Positions 9,322-18,472 are shown, counted from the stretch's first letter. The stretch: DNA of 64,000 nucleotides from Verrucomicrobiota bacterium (GCA_043803015.1 JAZDKK010000023.1:20946-84945), one strand, 5' to 3'. Numbers and translations are program-made. Notes: a model not told the origin generated them from the sequence alone.

Positions 9322-10791
9322 TCACATGTTTCTCAGCAGCCGCTTGACCACCTCGCGGTCGTCGAACGGCACGATCGTATTGGCGAACTCCTGGTAGTTC
9401 TCGTGGCCCTTCCCGGCGATCAACAGCGCGTCCCCGGCCCGCGCCTTGAACAGCGCCTTCAGGATCGCCTTCTCGCGGTCCACTTCCGTCTCGAAGTTGT
9501 CCGCCTCGCCGAAGCCCGGCACGATCTCCGCGACGATCGCCGCCGGGTCCTCGTTCCGCGGGTTGTCGCTGGTGACGATCGTGTAGTCTGCGAGGGCCGC
9601 CGCGGCGGCGCCCATCATCGGCCGCTTCGCGCGGTCCCGGTTTCCGCCGCAGCCGAACACCGCGATCAGGCGCCCCGCGGTGACCTCGCGCAGGGTCCGA
9701 AGGACATTGGCGAGCGCGTCCGGCGTATGCGCGTAGTCCACGAAGATCAGGACGCCGCGCGGATTGGCGATCCGCTCCAGCCGGCCGGGCACCGCCGTCA
9801 TCCGCGAGAGGACCTCGGCCATCAGCTTCGGCTCGATGCCCAGCGGGCCGCAGGCGGAGACGGCGGACAGCGCGTTGCCGACGTTGAAGCGTCCCAGCAG
9901 GTTCAGGCGCACGCGCGCCTGGCCCCACGGGCTCACCACGTCGAACGCGGAGCCGAGCGGCGTCAGCTCGATCTCCTCCGCGCGCACGTCCGCGTTCGGA
10001 TGCGTGCCGAAGGTGACCACCTGCGCGCTGAAGCCGTTGATGTTGGCCAGCTCCATGCCGAAGGGATCGTCGATGTTGATCGCGGCGAACGCTTTCTTCT
10101 CGGCCTGCCCGAGCCCCCGGAAGAGAAGGGTCTTGGCGGCGAAGTACTGCTCCATCGTGTGGTGGTAGTCGAGATGGTCCTGCGTCAGGTTCGTGAACAC
10201 GCCGACATCGTAGTCGATGCCCCACACGCGCTTCTGGTCGAGGCCGTGCGACGAAACCTCCATGACCGCGCTCTGGCAGCCGGCCCGCACCATCTGGTCG
10301 AGCATGAACTGGAGGTCCGGCGCTTCCGGCGTCGTGCGGCTCGCGGGGATCACCCGCTCGCCGATCTCGTAGCGGATGGTCCCGATGAGGCCCGGCGACC
10401 GGCCGGCGGCTTTCAGGATGTCGCGCACCATGAAGGCCGTGGTGGACTTGCCGTTCGTCCCGGTGATGCCGATCATCTGGAGGTGCTCGGAGGGCTCGCC
10501 GTAGAACGCGCAGGCGATCTCGGCTAGCGCGCGCCGGGCGTCCTCGACGCGGATGTACGTGACGTCCCGCCGGCCCCGGCCGTTCGGGTCCTCCGACACC
10601 ACGGCCACGGCGCCGCGCTGGAGGGCGTCCTCGACGAACTGCGCGCCCTCCCGGTGCTGGCCGTGCAGGGCGACGAAGAGGTAGCCGGGGCGGACCTGGC
10701 GCGAATCGTAGGCGATGCCCTCGATCTCGGCGGTCTGCGGCCCGTGGATCGTCAGGGGCTGTATGATCTTCGATATGTATTCCAGCCTCAT
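9322..10791 (-). CDS. murE: UDP-N-acetylmuramoyl-L-alanyl-D-glutamate--2,6-diaminopimelate ligase
   Basis: It has the ITGTNGKSTT motif, and DNPR near the C-terminus (meso-DAP specificity). The start was chosen at MRLEYISK; an alternative ATG lies at 10821. Confidence 0.9.
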   Translation of the reverse strand: MRLEYISKIIQPLTIHGPQTAEIEGIAYDSRQVRPGYLFVALHGQHREGAQFVEDALQRGAVAVVSEDPNGRGRRDVTYIRVEDARRALAEIACAFYGEPSEHLQMIGITGTNGKSTTAFMVRDILKAAGRSPGLIGTIRYEIGERVIPASRTTPEAPDLQFMLDQMVRAGCQSAVMEVSSHGLDQKRVWGIDYDVGVFTNLTQDHLDYHHTMEQYFAAKTLLFRGLGQAEKKAFAAINIDDPFGMELANINGFSAQVVTFGTHPNADVRAEEIELTPLGSAFDVVSPWGQARVRLNLLGRFNVGNALSAVSACGPLGIEPKLMAEVLSRMTAVPGRLERIANPRGVLIFVDYAHTPDALANVLRTLREVTAGRLIAVFGCGGNRDRAKRPMMGAAAAALADYTIVTSDNPRNEDPAAIVAEIVPGFGEADNFETEVDREKAILKALFKARAGDALLIAGKGHENYQEFANTIVPFDDREVVKRLLRNM

Positions 10792-10832
10792 GGTCTCAGA
10801 ACAGAGCTGGCCCAAAATCACGGCGGCACTCC

Positions 10833-12575
10833 TTACATCTGGCCCGACGATGTCTCTTCTTCACGCGTCTGCGCACTCTCCGTTGAAGCCGGGGGGATAT
10901 CCAGGTACCGCGCCGCCTGCGCGGCGATCTCCTGGAAGACGGGCGCCGCCACAACGCCGCCCGTGTGCAGGGGCTGCGGCTCGTCCACCACGACGATGAT
11001 GCCGATCTCCGGGTTCTCGGCCGGCAGGAACCCCACGAAGGACGCCACGTTGTCCATGTCGGAGTATCCGCCCGGAATGGCCTTCTGCGCCGTCCCGGTC
11101 TTCCCGGCCACCGAGTAGCCCTCCACACGCGCCCGCGTCCCGGTCCCGCCTTCCTCGGTCACGCGCGCGAGGAGTTTTTGCATCAGCCTCGCCGTGTCCT
11201 CGCGGATCGGCTTCGATACCACCTCCGGTTGGAACTCCATGATGGTGCGGCCCTGCTTGTCCACGATGCGCTGGACGATGCTCGGCCGCATGAGGAAGCC
11301 GTTGTTGCCGATGCAGCACAACAGGTTCAGCATCTGCAGCGAGGTCACGCCGACCTCATGCCCCATCGGAATGCGCGAGATGGTCAGGCTGCTCCACTTC
11401 GTGCGGTCGCGCAGGATGCCGGCCTCTTCGCCCGGCAGATCGAGGCCGGTGGACTTGCCGAACCCGAACGCGCGAAGGTAGTTCTCGAGGTTCCGCTCGC
11501 CGAGCTTCAGGCCGACCTTCGCCGCGCCGATGTTGCTGGACTTCTTGATGATGTCGGCCACGGTGAGGCGCCCGTACGGATGGAAATCCCTCAGCCCGCG
11601 CCCCTGGTAGAACCACATCCCGTTCTCGCAGTCGAACACGTCGTCCGGCGAGACCACCCCCTCGTTCAGCGCCGCGGTAATGACGGCCGCCTTGAACGTT
11701 GAGCCCGGCTCGTACACGTAGCCGATGGCGCGGTTCAACATACAGTCTTCGGGCGCGACCCGGAAGTTGTTCGGGTCGTACGCCGGCCGGCAGGCCAGCG
11801 CCAGGATCTCGCCGGTGCGCACGCGCTCGATGATCGCCCACGCCCCCTTGGCGCGGTGCTCCTCCACCGCCGCGTCCAGCGCCTTCTCCACCATGTACTG
11901 CAGGTTCTGGTCCACCGTGAGGTACACGTCCGCGCCTTCCTGCGGCGCGATGTCGAGGCGCCGCCGGCTGTACACCTCGATGCGCCGGCCGTCCTTCTCG
12001 CTGATCCGCAGGCCCGTCCGCCCGCGGAGGTACGAGTCCATGCGCTGCTCCACCCCGGCACTGCCCACGCCCTCGAGGTTCGCGAACCCCACGACGTGGC
12101 AGAGCATCGGGCCCTGCGGGTAGTACCGCGCGGACACGTCCTCGAAGAACACGCCGGTCAGCTGGAGGCGCCGGATCTGCTGGACGGTGTCGTCCGGCAC
12201 CAGCTTCTTGATGTACTCGAACTGGCGGCCCGGCCGGTTCAGCCGGGCGAAGACCATGGCAGGGTCGAGCTGCAGGAGGCGGGAAAGCTGGGCCGCCACG
12301 AACCGGAGGTGCCCCCGCTCGAGGATCGTTTTCGGGTCGGCCACCACGTTCTTGACCGCGAGATCAAGGGCCAGGATGTTCCCGTGGCTGTCGAGGATGC
12401 GGCCGCGGCCGACGAGGATTTCCTCTTCCACCTTGCGGATCTGGTCCACGCGCGCGCGCAGGCCTTCGTTGGGCCCCAGATGCAGAACGGCCAACCGCGC
12501 TGCCAGCCCGCCCCAGCCGGCCAGCAGTACGACGACCGCCAGCACCATGCGCCACGTGTAGCCTCGGTCAGTCAT
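10833..12575 (-). CDS. ftsI: peptidoglycan D,D-transpeptidase FtsI (class B penicillin-binding protein 3)
   Basis: It has an N-terminal transmembrane helix, a PBP dimerisation domain, and the transpeptidase motifs STFK, SSN and KTGT. The start is MTDRGY (alternative ATG at 12599). Confidence 0.9.
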   Translation of the reverse strand: MTDRGYTWRMVLAVVVLLAGWGGLAARLAVLHLGPNEGLRARVDQIRKVEEEILVGRGRILDSHGNILALDLAVKNVVADPKTILERGHLRFVAAQLSRLLQLDPAMVFARLNRPGRQFEYIKKLVPDDTVQQIRRLQLTGVFFEDVSARYYPQGPMLCHVVGFANLEGVGSAGVEQRMDSYLRGRTGLRISEKDGRRIEVYSRRRLDIAPQEGADVYLTVDQNLQYMVEKALDAAVEEHRAKGAWAIIERVRTGEILALACRPAYDPNNFRVAPEDCMLNRAIGYVYEPGSTFKAAVITAALNEGVVSPDDVFDCENGMWFYQGRGLRDFHPYGRLTVADIIKKSSNIGAAKVGLKLGERNLENYLRAFGFGKSTGLDLPGEEAGILRDRTKWSSLTISRIPMGHEVGVTSLQMLNLLCCIGNNGFLMRPSIVQRIVDKQGRTIMEFQPEVVSKPIREDTARLMQKLLARVTEEGGTGTRARVEGYSVAGKTGTAQKAIPGGYSDMDNVASFVGFLPAENPEIGIIVVVDEPQPLHTGGVVAAPVFQEIAAQAARYLDIPPASTESAQTREEETSSGQM

Positions 12576-12963
12576 TAACGACAACCCCGGCGTGTCCAAC
12601 GTCCCGCCCCCGGTCCGCCAGGACCCGAACCGTCTCGGGCTCCTGCGTGCGGTACCGGAGACGGACCACCCGGTCGTGTTGAGGCCAAGTCATTGCCAGG
12701 TTGAAGCGCTGCAAAAGGTTTTCGATGTTGCGCGGCGATTTCAGGTTCGACCACTTGTACTCTTCGTTGATCACGTGCTTGTGGAGCTCGCCCTTCTTGG
12801 CCTCGAGCACCTTGATCTGGTTGCCCAGCGCTTCGCATCGGCCGTTGAACCACAGGTAGACCAGCGAGAACACGGCGAACAGCACCAGGATCGAGGCGAA
12901 GGGCGCGGGAACGATCAGGCCCTCGGGCTGTTTCTTCCGGTTCTTCTTGTGCCGTCGAATCAT
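12568..12963 (-). CDS. ftsL: cell division protein FtsL-like (small bitopic coiled-coil protein)
   Basis: 131 aa: MIRRHKKNRKKQPEG, one transmembrane helix, then a coiled-coil region. It sits in the conserved position between rsmH and ftsI. The assignment rests on position and topology, not on sequence identity. Confidence 0.55.
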   Translation of the reverse strand: MIRRHKKNRKKQPEGLIVPAPFASILVLFAVFSLVYLWFNGRCEALGNQIKVLEAKKGELHKHVINEEYKWSNLKSPRNIENLLQRFNLAMTWPQHDRVVRLRYRTQEPETVRVLADRGRDVGHAGVVVND

Positions 12964-12965
12964 GA

Positions 12966-13889
12966 TCAGCCGACCTTCTCCACCACGCGGAGCTTCGCCG
13001 ACCTCGCGCGCGGGTTGCTCTCGATCTCCTCCTGGGAGGCCGTCACCGGCTTGCGTGTCACCCACCGCATCGCCGGCTGCTCGCCGACCCATTCTTGACC
13101 GCCCGCCGGGAGCGACTCCCAGCGGCCGACGTGCCGGGCGAACGTCTGTTTCACCGTGCGATCTTCCAGGCTGTGGAAGGCGATGACGGCCACGCGCCCG
13201 CCCGTGGTCACCAGCTTCAGCGCGCCTTCGAGCCCCGCCGTGAGGCTCTCGAGTTCGTGGTTCACCGCCATGCGAAGAGCCTGGAACGTCTGGGTCGCGG
13301 GATGGATCTTGCCGCGCCGCCCGCCCTTGGCCTTCGTCACGATCTCCACCAGGTGCGTCGTCGTCTGGATCGGCTTGCGCCGGCGCTCGGCCACGATCAG
13401 CCGCGCGATGCGCCGCGCCGCGGGCTCCTCGCCCAGCTTGCGGAGGATCTCGGCCAGCGACTCCTCGTCCAGCGTGTTGACGACCGCCGCGGCGGTGATC
13501 TGCTGGCTCCGGTCCATCCGCATGTCGAGCGGGCCCTCGCGAAGGACGCTGAAGCCGCGTTCCGCCGAATCCACCTGCGCGGACGACATGCCCAGGTCCA
13601 TGAGCACGGCGTCGGCCCGATCCAGGTTATGACGCTTGGCGATGATGATCATGTCTGCATAGTCTCCGTGTTCGAATTCGCAGTTTGCTCCCCACACCGA
13701 CAACCGCTCGCGCGCCCGCGCCAACGCTTCGGCATCCCGATCGATCCCCAGCAGCTTCGCCTTCCCCCCCACTTCCCTGAGCACGGCTTCAGCATGCCCC
13801 CCCTCCCCCAGCGTCGCGTCCACATAAACTCCACCGGCCTTCACGCCCAACAGCCCGATCACCTCCCTGACCAGGACGGGTCTATGCAT
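12966..13889 (-). CDS. rsmH: 16S rRNA (cytosine1402-N4)-methyltransferase RsmH (MraW)
   Basis: The start is MHRPVLVREVIGLL..VYVDATLGEGGHAEAVL, a canonical RsmH N-terminus with SAM-binding motif. Confidence 0.95.
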   Translation of the reverse strand: MHRPVLVREVIGLLGVKAGGVYVDATLGEGGHAEAVLREVGGKAKLLGIDRDAEALARARERLSVWGANCEFEHGDYADMIIIAKRHNLDRADAVLMDLGMSSAQVDSAERGFSVLREGPLDMRMDRSQQITAAAVVNTLDEESLAEILRKLGEEPAARRIARLIVAERRRKPIQTTTHLVEIVTKAKGGRRGKIHPATQTFQALRMAVNHELESLTAGLEGALKLVTTGGRVAVIAFHSLEDRTVKQTFARHVGRWESLPAGGQEWVGEQPAMRWVTRKPVTASQEEIESNPRARSAKLRVVEKVG

Positions 13890-13954
13890 CAAGACCTTCC
13901 CCTCCCCCTGTCCCGGCGCACCGGGCGACGGCCCGGGAACGAAATCACCCGAAC

Positions 13955-14485
13955 TCACCAGCTTGCGTAAGTATTGGCGTTCTTGCCACTTACGCTCGAA
14001 TAGCTGCGGGGGCCCGTCCGCCGCTCCCGCGGGGAATCCTCGGAGGCGATCTCCTCCTTGATGAGCTGGTACCGGCAACGGCCCGACTCCCGGCCGGGCA
14101 GAGACAGCCAACGCCCCTGGTCGCTGCCGCCGTTGAGTGATCCGTTGACGTGGAGGAACTTCGCGATCTTGAACGTGCTCATACCGGTTCCTTTCCTAGA
14201 AATCGTCTCGTCCGCCACGACCTTCACCGCGGGCTGTCTCGGCCGATCGCTGATCGGCTCGACTCTGCTCGCCGCAGGCGCCTCGACCTTCCTCGCCGCA
14301 GGCGCCCCGACCTTCCTCGGCTCGATCTTCTTCGGAGCGGCCGGCGCCGCCTGAGACTCGCCCCAGAATTCAGTTTGTTCGAGAGCCTTCTTCCTCGTCC
14401 GCGGGCGGAGATCCTGTTCCTGGTGCCGTGCGATGCGTTCCGGATCGTCCCACCACGCGACCTCTCCCGTCTCTTCGGCGGGCAC
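13955..14485 (-). CDS. hypothetical protein with Pro/Ala-rich tandem repeat (RKVGAPAARKVEAPAASRVEP), inserted between mraZ and rsmH; start uncertain
   Basis: The minus-strand ORF 13955..14596 has high GC3 downstream of the mraZ stop. Candidate starts are GTG 14485, ATG 14581/14596 (overlapping mraZ), or ATG 14182 with RBS GGAAAGGAA (a 75-aa version, MSTFKIAKF..). Confidence 0.35.
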   Translation of the reverse strand: MPAEETGEVAWWDDPERIARHQEQDLRPRTRKKALEQTEFWGESQAAPAAPKKIEPRKVGAPAARKVEAPAASRVEPISDRPRQPAVKVVADETISRKGTGMSTFKIAKFLHVNGSLNGGSDQGRWLSLPGRESGRCRYQLIKEEIASEDSPRERRTGPRSYSSVSGKNANTYASW

Positions 14486-14511
14486 GCCGAGAAGCTGGAG
14501 ACCGACCTGCG

Positions 14512-14961
14512 CTAGAAGCCGACGTAGCGCGCCGCATCCCCGAGCTTGGGCTGATCCATAGAGCCAGTCTGTTCGTTCCATCGATCGGGATTCCATAGTT
14601 CGAAACCGTCAAACGTGCCGACCATGACCACCTGGTTCACGAGTCCGGCGTAGTCGAGAAGATCGTCCTTGATGCGAATGCGGCCCTGGGAATCCCAGGG
14701 CACCAGATCGGAGCGAGAGGCGAGCGTGCGAGCGAGTTGCCGACCCTTAGTGTCGGCGATGGAGAGGTTGCGGAGTCTCTCCAGGCGACGGGTCATTTCT
14801 CGAGCGGGGTAAACGCACAGGCATTTGTCGTTGACTCCAGGGAGGACGAACAACCGCTTGGGCACGCCCGCCAACTCGCGCCAATCTGAAGGGATGGTTA
14901 ACCGTTTCTTGGAATCCAGGGAGTGCACATAGATATTGACGAACACGCCCTGCGCGGCCAT
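14512..14961 (-). CDS. mraZ: division/cell wall cluster transcriptional regulator MraZ
   Basis: 149 aa: MAAQGVFVNIYVHSLDSKKRLTIPSDWRE.. It has the duplicated MraZ (SpoVT/AbrB-like) halves, each with the DxxxR motif. Confidence 0.9.
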   Translation of the reverse strand: MAAQGVFVNIYVHSLDSKKRLTIPSDWRELAGVPKRLFVLPGVNDKCLCVYPAREMTRRLERLRNLSIADTKGRQLARTLASRSDLVPWDSQGRIRIKDDLLDYAGLVNQVVMVGTFDGFELWNPDRWNEQTGSMDQPKLGDAARYVGF

Positions 14962-15330
14962 GTCGCCATTCTGAGTCTGTTCCCTGTCCTCCACTATAGT
15001 TACCTCCTGCGACACTTTAAAACACTTCGACCCACCTCTTGTCAACAGCTTTTGAACATTTTTTTCTTCCAAGATGCCGCCGGAAGGGGCACGTTTGCCC
15101 GGAAACGCGGGGAATATGGAGGAACTATTAACAGGGAGGTGCACGACCTGACGGATTGGCGTCCCGGACCCGCTGTCCCCCACCAGGCCCCACACGTATT
15201 TGACACTCTTTTCGTCCACCATGTCCGCCGCGGTCATCCGCCTTCGCCAAGAGGCTACGGCGGACAAGCCGTCCGCGGCTGCAACTCATCGACATCGACA
15301 ACCAATTCATTTCATCACGGAGTCACGACC
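14962..15330. promoter_or_regulatory. divergent promoter region (dcw cluster / SIMPL gene)
   Basis: This 369-bp gene-free interval lies between the mraZ start and the SIMPL gene start. It is AT-enriched around 15040-15070. It contains a copy of the mini-element CGCCTTCGCCAAGAGGCTACGGCGG (15238-15262). Confidence 0.35.
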
Positions 15331-16080
15331 ATGGAAGGAACACGCATTCTCAGAAATTCGCAGATCATCGTCCTCGGCCTTTGCATCAGTCTCGCCACCA
15401 TCGCTTCGAGCCTCATCCTCTCGCAGGGCTTCATGAAGATCATGAAGTTCACGCGCGAGGTGGTCGGCGTGACCGGCTCGGCGCAGCAGACCATCACCAG
15501 CGATCTCGCCGTGTGGCAGATCGAGTTCTCGCGGCGCGAGACGGACCCAGCCATCGCCTACCGCGAGCTCGAATCGGACCTGTCCCGCGTGAAGAAGTAC
15601 CTCTCGTCCAAGGGGGTTCTGGAGCAGGAAATAGCCATTTCCCAGGTGTTTACAGCAACCCTCTTCAAGAAGAACAACGAAGGCTACGACACGAACGAGG
15701 TCGAGGGTCACCGGCTCAGCCAGCGGATCACCGTGCGCTCGCGCGACGTTCAGCGCGTGACCGCCGTTGCGCGCGACATCACCGAGCTGATCAAGGAAGG
15801 CATCTACCTCGCGTCCTTCGCGCCCGAGTACTTCTACACGAAGCTCGACGACCTGAAAGTCGAGATGCTCGCGCGCGCGACGGAGAACGCGAAGCAGCGC
15901 GCGGAGAGCATGGCGGGGTCCACGGGCAACCGCATCGGCGTCATCCGCTCGGCGAAGATGGGCGTCTTCCAGATCACGCCGCCGACGTCGACCGAGGTCT
16001 CCGACTACGGCGAGAACGACACGTCGTCGCTCGAGAAGAAAGTCATGGCCGTCGTGTCGGTGACGTTCTCTATCGAGTAA
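15331..16080 (+). CDS. SIMPL domain-containing protein (DUF541)
   Basis: 249 aa with an N-terminal transmembrane/signal segment. The family assignment is by pattern recognition of the SIMPL fold sequence (..VTGSAQQTITSDLAVWQIEF.. through ..MAVVSVTFSIE). Confidence 0.75.
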   Translation: MEGTRILRNSQIIVLGLCISLATIASSLILSQGFMKIMKFTREVVGVTGSAQQTITSDLAVWQIEFSRRETDPAIAYRELESDLSRVKKYLSSKGVLEQEIAISQVFTATLFKKNNEGYDTNEVEGHRLSQRITVRSRDVQRVTAVARDITELIKEGIYLASFAPEYFYTKLDDLKVEMLARATENAKQRAESMAGSTGNRIGVIRSAKMGVFQITPPTSTEVSDYGENDTSSLEKKVMAVVSVTFSIE

Positions 16081-16107
16081 CCAACGCAAAGACGCAGAGA
16101 TAACAAC

Positions 16108-16152
16108 AAGGCGCAAAGGAGGGACCACTCTTCTTTGCGCCCTTCCGTTTCC
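16108..16152 (+). terminator. putative rho-independent terminator hairpin after the SIMPL gene
   Basis: GGCGCAAAG (16110-16118) pairs with CTTTGCGCC (16133-16141), followed by a T-containing tract. A second CGCAAAG/CTTTGCG pair flanks it. Confidence 0.4.
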
Positions 16153-16240
16153 TTGGCGCCTTTGCGTTACTAAGCACCACCGATTGGGTTTGAGTCCGAC
16201 TCGCACCACGATATATTGTGGTCTCAATCGGAGAGCGACC

Positions 16241-17326
16241 ATGAAAGACACTCGAGTTCAGAACCTGGCAAGGATCCTCGCGCACTACAGCGTTCGGGCG
16301 AGGAGCCGTGAGCTCATCGCCATCGACGGCACCACGGAGGCCGAGCCGCTGATCGTGGCCGTGTACGAGGAACTGCTCCGCGTGGGGGCCTACCCCGTCA
16401 TCCGCATGGCGCCCGCCGGCGTGGCCGAGGTCTTCTTCCGTCACGGCAAGCCGCATCACTTCGACACCATCTCCCCGTTCCAGCGCCTGCTCGTGGACCA
16501 CCTCGACGGATCCATCTTCATCGAGTCCAGCCCCAACACCCGCTCGCTCTCCGCGGTGGATCCGAAGAGGCAGGCCCGCGTGTCGAAGACCACGAAGCCC
16601 CTGCGCGAGAAGATGGTGAGGAAGAAGTGGTGCCTCACGCTCTTCCCGACGCAGGCCTACGCGCAGGATGCGGAGATGAGCCTTTCCGATTTCGAGGACT
16701 TCGTCTACGCGGCGACCTTCGCGGACCGGAAGGATCCGATCGCCGCCTGGAAGGCGCTCGAGCAGAAACAGCAGAAGATGATTCACAAGCTTCGCGGCGG
16801 GCGGACCATCCGCCTCGTCGGTCCGGAGACCGACCTCACGCTCTCCGTCAAGGGACGCGTGTTCATCAACTCCGCGGGCCGGCACAACATGCCGTGCGGC
16901 GAAGTGTTCACCGGTCCCGTCGAGAACTCCGCGGAAGGCCACATCCGGTTCGACTACCCCGTCTGCCACGCGGGCCGCGAAGTGGACGGCATCCGTCTCG
17001 TCTTCCGCAAGGGCAAAGTCGTCGAGGCGTCAGCGGAGAAGAACGAGAAGTTCCTGGTGACGATGCTCGACATGGACCCCGGCGCGCGGCGCCTCGGCGA
17101 GCTCGGCATCGGCACCAACTACGGCATCCAGAGGTTCACCAAGAACATCCTGTTCGACGAGAAGATTGGCGGCACGGTCCATCTCGCGGTCGGCGAGTCC
17201 TACACCGAAACCGGCGGCCGCAACAAGTCCGCCCTGCACTGGGACATGATCAAAGACCTCCGCCGCGGTGGTTGTATGTACTTGGACGGCAAGGTGTTCC
17301 AGAAGGACGGCCGGTTCAGGGCGTAA
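16241..17326 (+). CDS. aminopeptidase, M29 (AmpS/PepS, thermophilic metalloprotease) family
   Basis: 361 aa from MKDTRVQNLARIL. Similar to AmpS-type aminopeptidases, with HWD..GELGIGTN metal-binding regions. Confidence 0.85.
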   Translation: MKDTRVQNLARILAHYSVRARSRELIAIDGTTEAEPLIVAVYEELLRVGAYPVIRMAPAGVAEVFFRHGKPHHFDTISPFQRLLVDHLDGSIFIESSPNTRSLSAVDPKRQARVSKTTKPLREKMVRKKWCLTLFPTQAYAQDAEMSLSDFEDFVYAATFADRKDPIAAWKALEQKQQKMIHKLRGGRTIRLVGPETDLTLSVKGRVFINSAGRHNMPCGEVFTGPVENSAEGHIRFDYPVCHAGREVDGIRLVFRKGKVVEASAEKNEKFLVTMLDMDPGARRLGELGIGTNYGIQRFTKNILFDEKIGGTVHLAVGESYTETGGRNKSALHWDMIKDLRRGGCMYLDGKVFQKDGRFRA

Positions 17327-17332
17327 GTCCTG

Positions 17333-17370
17333 CTCGCTCTCGTTCTCGATCTCGTTCTCGATCTCGAGGA
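17333..17370. repeat. hexamer-periodic (CTCGNN)n repeat downstream of the aminopeptidase gene
   Basis: CTCGCTCTCGTTCTCGATCTCGTTCTCGATCTCGAG, the same family as 18402-18472, 24341-24375 and 33098-33160. Confidence 0.5.
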
Positions 17371-17483
17371 TCGCCGCAAAGAGGCTCAAGATGCACAAGG
17401 AGTGGACCTGCGGTCCGTCCGTTCACCCTCTTGTGACTCTTGCCTGCCCTGCGAAGCCTTGGCGAAGCAGGGCGCCTCTTTGT

Positions 17484-17541
17484 GGCCATCCTGGCCTTTC
17501 CGTTGCCCCTTGCGATCTCTGCGTTCTCTTGCGGCGATTCC
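17484..17541. repeat. intergenic repeat family X copy (TTGCGATCTCTGCGTTCTCTTGCGGCGATTCC core)
   Basis: Near-identical cores sit at 18551-18610 and 24216-24262, all in the same orientation. The 17395-17430 segment shares the GGAGTGGACC head. Confidence 0.5.
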
Positions 17542-17614
17542 TTTTCCGGCGAAGCCGGGCTCGTCATCATCGTTTCTGGTTTGCGCTCCGCGCGCGGACC
17601 GCTAGGATGGCGGC

Positions 17615-18400
17615 ATGATGCGCCGGTTCCTCGCGCTTCTCCTTCTGGCCTGGCCCTGCACCGTGCGGGCGCAGACCGCCACGAATCTGATCCAGCTCCA
17701 GCGTCAGGCCGCTGCGTTCTCGGTGAATCCCCCGCACGAACAGCGGGGCTACTTCGCCGCGGGCGCACAGCTGCAGGTCCTGGGTCCGGCGACCGGCGGC
17801 ACGGTGCGCGTGCGGTGCACCACGTCGGACGGCCGGATCATCGAGGCCCTCTGCCGCGCCGCGGACCTCGGCTCGGCCCCCCCCACCCCTTCCGCCTCCC
17901 CCTCACCGGTCGTCCCCCGGTCCGCCACGGTCCCGGTCGGCCGGACCGTCCCGGGAAGCATCTACGAGAACCCCGAGTGGCTGGAGGACAGTTTGGGGCA
18001 CAAGCTGGCGGTGGAGGCGCAAGCGAGATTCGATGTGAAGATGATTGTGTTCTTCTACGCGGACTGGAACGAGGAGTGCGAGCTGTTGTGGAAGGAGCTG
18101 CTCAGCGACCGCGAGTTCAGGCGGCAGACGAGGAATCTCATCAAGGTGCGGATCAACCCGGAGCACGGGAAGGCGGAGGGCCTGCTCGCGCGGTACTACC
18201 GTTTGCGGAAATATCCGACGACGTTCGTCGTTCGCCGGCCTCATGCCGAACCGAAGTACGTGGACCTCACGTACTACTCGTTCGGGAAGCTCAGGGTCTC
18301 CAAGCTCGACTACGCGATCGCCGATATCCTGGCCGCCGGCACCACGAACATGCCCGCTTGGCGCCATCCTTCGGTCACCAACCAACCGCCAACCCCCTGA
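17615..18400 (+). CDS. secreted thioredoxin-fold protein (degenerate CxxC: WNEEC)
   Basis: Signal peptide MMRRFLALLLLAWPCTVRAQ. The thioredoxin-like segment is KMIVFFYADWNEECELLWKEL..PTTFVV. Confidence 0.55.
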   Translation: MMRRFLALLLLAWPCTVRAQTATNLIQLQRQAAAFSVNPPHEQRGYFAAGAQLQVLGPATGGTVRVRCTTSDGRIIEALCRAADLGSAPPTPSASPSPVVPRSATVPVGRTVPGSIYENPEWLEDSLGHKLAVEAQARFDVKMIVFFYADWNEECELLWKELLSDREFRRQTRNLIKVRINPEHGKAEGLLARYYRLRKYPTTFVVRRPHAEPKYVDLTYYSFGKLRVSKLDYAIADILAAGTTNMPAWRHPSVTNQPPTP

Positions 18401-18401
18401 T

Positions 18402-18472
18402 CGGCCTCGGCCTCGGACTCGGCCTCGAAGCGCCCAGGAAATCGAGGCCGAGACCGAGTACGAGACCGAGGG
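18402..18472. repeat. hexamer-periodic (CCTCGG/CTCGNN)n hairpin after the thioredoxin-like gene
   Basis: The left arm CGGCCTCGGCCTCGGACTCGGCCTCG and the right arm CGAGGCCGAGACCGAGTACGAGACCGAGG form an imperfect ~27-bp stem with a 15-nt loop, right after the stop at 18398-18400. Confidence 0.5.

Noticed and set aside
9089-10225. 378-aa minus ORF spanning the murE-murF spacer
   Set aside because: Only its last 60 codons (the zinc-ribbon ORF 9089..9271, which has its own SD and ATG) look coding. The remainder overlaps murE in another frame and is low-complexity.
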